Positions 61,147 to 64,000 of a stretch of DNA of 64,000 nucleotides are shown piece by piece (positions within the stretch are counted from its first letter, which is position 1; the number at the start of each line of letters is the position of its first letter). The DNA comes from a bacterium. GTDB lineage: Bacteria > Patescibacteriota > Minisyncoccia > UBA6257 > WO2-44-18. The translations under genes and the position numbers were made by a program. The notes beneath the pieces were generated by a model that saw only the letters and a program-made list of their open reading frames with translations, had not been told where the DNA came from and did not search any database. The stretch lies in assembly GCA_030698695.1 (NCBI GenBank), contig JAUYMR010000042.1, positions 3,174 through 67,173 on the forward strand, read 5' to 3'.

Positions 61147-61900
61147 TTCCAAACTTCGTATTTTGGGCATATTAATAATCGGGGTGTTTCTAATGCTCCC
61201 CTATTTTAAAGTTAACGCCCAGTCAGAAGCATTAAAATCCGCCCTTAAAGAAGTTACTGATATAAAAGACAGCAATATTGAAAGTCCGGAAAGTCGCGTA
61301 TCGGCTATACTAAAAATAATTGATCTTTCAAGATTGGAAGTTGAGGATCTTATCAAAAAACTATCTTCTTTAGAGAATCTGGACAAAAACTATAGCGATC
61401 TACGGGATAGTTTCTTGTCTATTCTTAGCGATTATCTAATTTATTTAGACAACGCGGAGATTGAAGCCAATAATCCCGAGCTATCTCCCGATGATTTAAA
61501 ATTATTAGCCAACAATCTCAAACAATGGCGAGACGCTAAATACAACAACACACTCAAAAAAACGGTTAACTTTATCTGGGTATTAAGAGAGGCCGACTTG
61601 TTAGATACCGCCCATAATAGATTGGATAAAATTTCTACTGATCTGAAAAAAGCTAAAAATTCTCGCTTCATTAAAATTGCCGATCTTATGCCACCCTTAG
61701 AAAAAGCCACTACCCTATTGAAAGAGGCGAAGATGTCAAGCAAATTAGCTCACGAATTATTGTTCGCTACCACCACTCCAGAAAATTATAAATCTTCAAC
61801 TTTAGACGACGTCGTTGAAGAAACTCTTAGTAAAATAAAATCTGCTTATCAAGAATTTTTCAAAATGAATTCCTTAATAAAAGAAATGCTCGGCCTGTAG
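61130..61900 (+). CDS. Secreted helical hypothetical protein
   Basis: Signal peptide ending VNA|Q, coiled-coil rich, coupled to the upstream gene. Confidence 0.7.
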   Translation: MKQIYSSKLRILGILIIGVFLMLPYFKVNAQSEALKSALKEVTDIKDSNIESPESRVSAILKIIDLSRLEVEDLIKKLSSLENLDKNYSDLRDSFLSILSDYLIYLDNAEIEANNPELSPDDLKLLANNLKQWRDAKYNNTLKKTVNFIWVLREADLLDTAHNRLDKISTDLKKAKNSRFIKIADLMPPLEKATTLLKEAKMSSKLAHELLFATTTPENYKSSTLDDVVEETLSKIKSAYQEFFKMNSLIKEMLGL

Positions 61901-61909
61901 TCGGCCGAT

Positions 61910-61975
61910 CAGTTGGTTAGTTGCCTAGTTACTTAGTTTTAAAACCAAGTAACCAAGTAACCAACTAACTCAGAA
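61910..61975. repeat. Octamer-type tandem/inverted repeat between convergent genes
   Basis: agttggttagttgcctagttacttagtt...aaccaagtaaccaagtaaccaactaact. Confidence 0.7.
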
Positions 61976-61982
61976 CTGGTCT

Positions 61983-62258
61983 CTATTTCACTGCCTCCTT
62001 CAAGGCCTTAGCGGCTTTGAATTTCGGCTTGATAGAAGCCTTGATTTGAATTTTTTCTCCAGTTTTTGGATTGACGCCCATACGAGCTGCGCTTTTAGCA
62101 ACGCGAAAAGTGCCAAAGCCAGCTATAGCGACCTCCTCACCGCGACCCAAAGATTTGGTAATGGTGTCAAAAACAGCTTCTACCGCTTCCTGAGATTGTT
62201 TTTTAGTACCTAGATTGGCGGCCTTCATAGCGGCGGCCATTAAATCATCTTTTTTCAT
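61983..62258 (-). CDS. hup: DNA-binding protein HU
   Basis: GFGTF, ARMGVNPKTGEKIQI, PKFKA. Confidence 0.97.
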   Translation of the reverse strand: MKKDDLMAAAMKAANLGTKKQSQEAVEAVFDTITKSLGRGEEVAIAGFGTFRVAKSAARMGVNPKTGEKIQIKASIKPKFKAAKALKEAVK

Positions 62259-62476
62259 AGATTAGCGTAACGTAAAATGTTGATCGAGACATGGGATAAT
62301 TTCCATACATGTCACTCATCACATTAAACATTTGACTATTTATCCCGACCTTTTCAATAAATCTTATTATACTATCAGCTATTATTCTATGTCCATTTTT
62401 CAATGTCTAATGAGCCCTGTGTTTAATGTATTCCTATCTACCGCGCATCACTATATTCTCACAGACATCTATTACG

Positions 62477-63967
62477 CTATTTAGCATATTCTACAGCCCT
62501 CATCTCTCTAATAACATTGACTTTAATTTCGCCGGGATATTTTAATTCCGATTGTATCTTAGTCGCGATATTTTTAGCTAATTGCAAAGCGCCAAAGTCA
62601 TCAATTTTCTCCGGTGTGACGAATATTCTGATTTCTCGTCCAGCGGAAAGAGCGTAAGCATTTTTCACGCCCTCAAAACCAATGGCTATTTTTTCCAGGT
62701 CTTGCAAGCGTTTAAGATAGTTTTCTATTGAATCGCGACGCGCTCCCGGACGAGCCGCGGAAATAACATCGGCTGCGGCCACAATGTAAGATTCCGGAGT
62801 AGCATATGGATATTCTTCATGATGCGATTGCATGGCTTCTATAACATTTTGATTGATGCCGTATTTACTTAAAATCTTACGCCCCAATTCAACATGAGTG
62901 CCCTCAACTTCATGACTAATGGCCTTGCCAATATCGTGAAGAAGCGCCCCCTTCTTGGTTACTTCAACATTGGCCCCTAATTCCGAAGCTATCATGCCGG
63001 AAATGTGAGTCATCTCAATAGAATGAGTTAATACATTTTGGCCATAACTGGTTCTAAAATGCAGTCGTCCCAATAATTGAATAATTTCCTTTGGTAAATC
63101 TACTATACCGACTTCAAAAGCGGCCTGCTCCCCTATTTCATACATGCGCTTATTCATATCCTGCCTAGCTTCTTCAACTTTCTCCTCAATTTTAGCCGGT
63201 TGGAATCTTCCGTCCTTGACCAATTTTTCCAAAGCCAATTTAGCGATCTCTCTTCGTAATGGATCAAAAGAAGAAATAACCACGTTTTCCGGACTTTCAT
63301 CAACAATAATCTCTACTCCAGCCGCGCGCTCTAAAGCTCGTATATTGCGTCCCTCGCGACCGATAATTTTGCCCTTAAGATCCTCATTGGGCAAATTAAA
63401 AACACTAGTGGTTAATTCCGACACATTTGATCGCGCATAACGTTGGATAGCTGTGGTAATTATATCTAAACTTTTTTTCTCCACCTCTTCCCTCTTTTCC
63501 TTTTCCAATCTTTGCACGGCATTAACTAAATCATTTTTATAACTCTCTTCCACTTCTTTCAATAATTTTTTCTTAGCATCGTCAACGCTTAAATTGGCTA
63601 TCTTCTCTAAATCGGCCAGAGCTTTTTTCTGCAATTGCTCTACTTCGGACTTAACGGCGCCAACTCTGACTTCCGATTGCTCTAATTTACTCTCACGCTC
63701 CAACAAAGTTTGAGAACGCTTCTCGGTCATTTCTTCTTTTTTAAGAATCCTCTCTTCTAATTTTTCCAACTGGGCCTTATGCTCTCGCTCCTCCTTGCGA
63801 GTATTTTCAACCAAAGTCGCCGCCTCATCTTTGGCTTTTTGAATAATAATATTAGCCTGATTTTCGGCCGATGCCGCTCTCTTAGAAGCGAGCGATTGAC
63901 GAATAAAATAACCTGCTACGATACCCAAAACTAGAGCCCCCGCGGCCCACGGAATTATTGCTGACAT
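62477..63967 (-). CDS. rny: Ribonuclease Y
   Basis: N-terminal TM helix, coiled coil, KH (KGKIIGREGRNIR), HD (LLHDIGK), SAARPGAR. Confidence 0.98.
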   Translation of the reverse strand: MSAIIPWAAGALVLGIVAGYFIRQSLASKRAASAENQANIIIQKAKDEAATLVENTRKEEREHKAQLEKLEERILKKEEMTEKRSQTLLERESKLEQSEVRVGAVKSEVEQLQKKALADLEKIANLSVDDAKKKLLKEVEESYKNDLVNAVQRLEKEKREEVEKKSLDIITTAIQRYARSNVSELTTSVFNLPNEDLKGKIIGREGRNIRALERAAGVEIIVDESPENVVISSFDPLRREIAKLALEKLVKDGRFQPAKIEEKVEEARQDMNKRMYEIGEQAAFEVGIVDLPKEIIQLLGRLHFRTSYGQNVLTHSIEMTHISGMIASELGANVEVTKKGALLHDIGKAISHEVEGTHVELGRKILSKYGINQNVIEAMQSHHEEYPYATPESYIVAAADVISAARPGARRDSIENYLKRLQDLEKIAIGFEGVKNAYALSAGREIRIFVTPEKIDDFGALQLAKNIATKIQSELKYPGEIKVNVIREMRAVEYAK

Positions 63968-64000
63968 ATGATATGTTCGCTAAATTCTTCATTTTTAGAA

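Overview
A low-GC bacterial chromosomal segment using genetic code 11. The gene set suggests Patescibacteria/CPR, probably Parcubacteria (inference): tandem-type ThyX, a full type IV pilus locus, a giant GIGT/LVIVD surface protein, archaeal-type PGI/PMI and little biosynthesis. Housekeeping genes are thyX (partial), groEL/groES with a CIRCE box, rmuC, tpiA, murD, gatAC, ligA, a P-type ATPase, tdk, gpmI, znuBC, hup and rny, plus 8 tRNAs. Main observations: (1) a ~9.7 kb co-oriented locus between two CAT tRNAs combines five small-molecule enzymes (Rv1355c/OxzB-type ThiF, separate nitroreductase, PaaK-like adenylating ligase, Leu/Phe/Val dehydrogenase, alpha/beta hydrolase) with two histidine kinases and a receiver, a candidate signal synthesis and sensing system; (2) two ~122 bp related elements with terminal inverted repeats and a covarying internal hairpin sit exactly on the pilB and pilO start codons; (3) probable remnants of integrative elements lie at the 3' ends of three tRNAs, one carrying a GC-rich atypical SDR between 20-bp inverted repeats; (4) several short palindromic or tandem repeats appear inserted in frame in essential genes. 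All calls are from reading motifs by eye; no searches were run.
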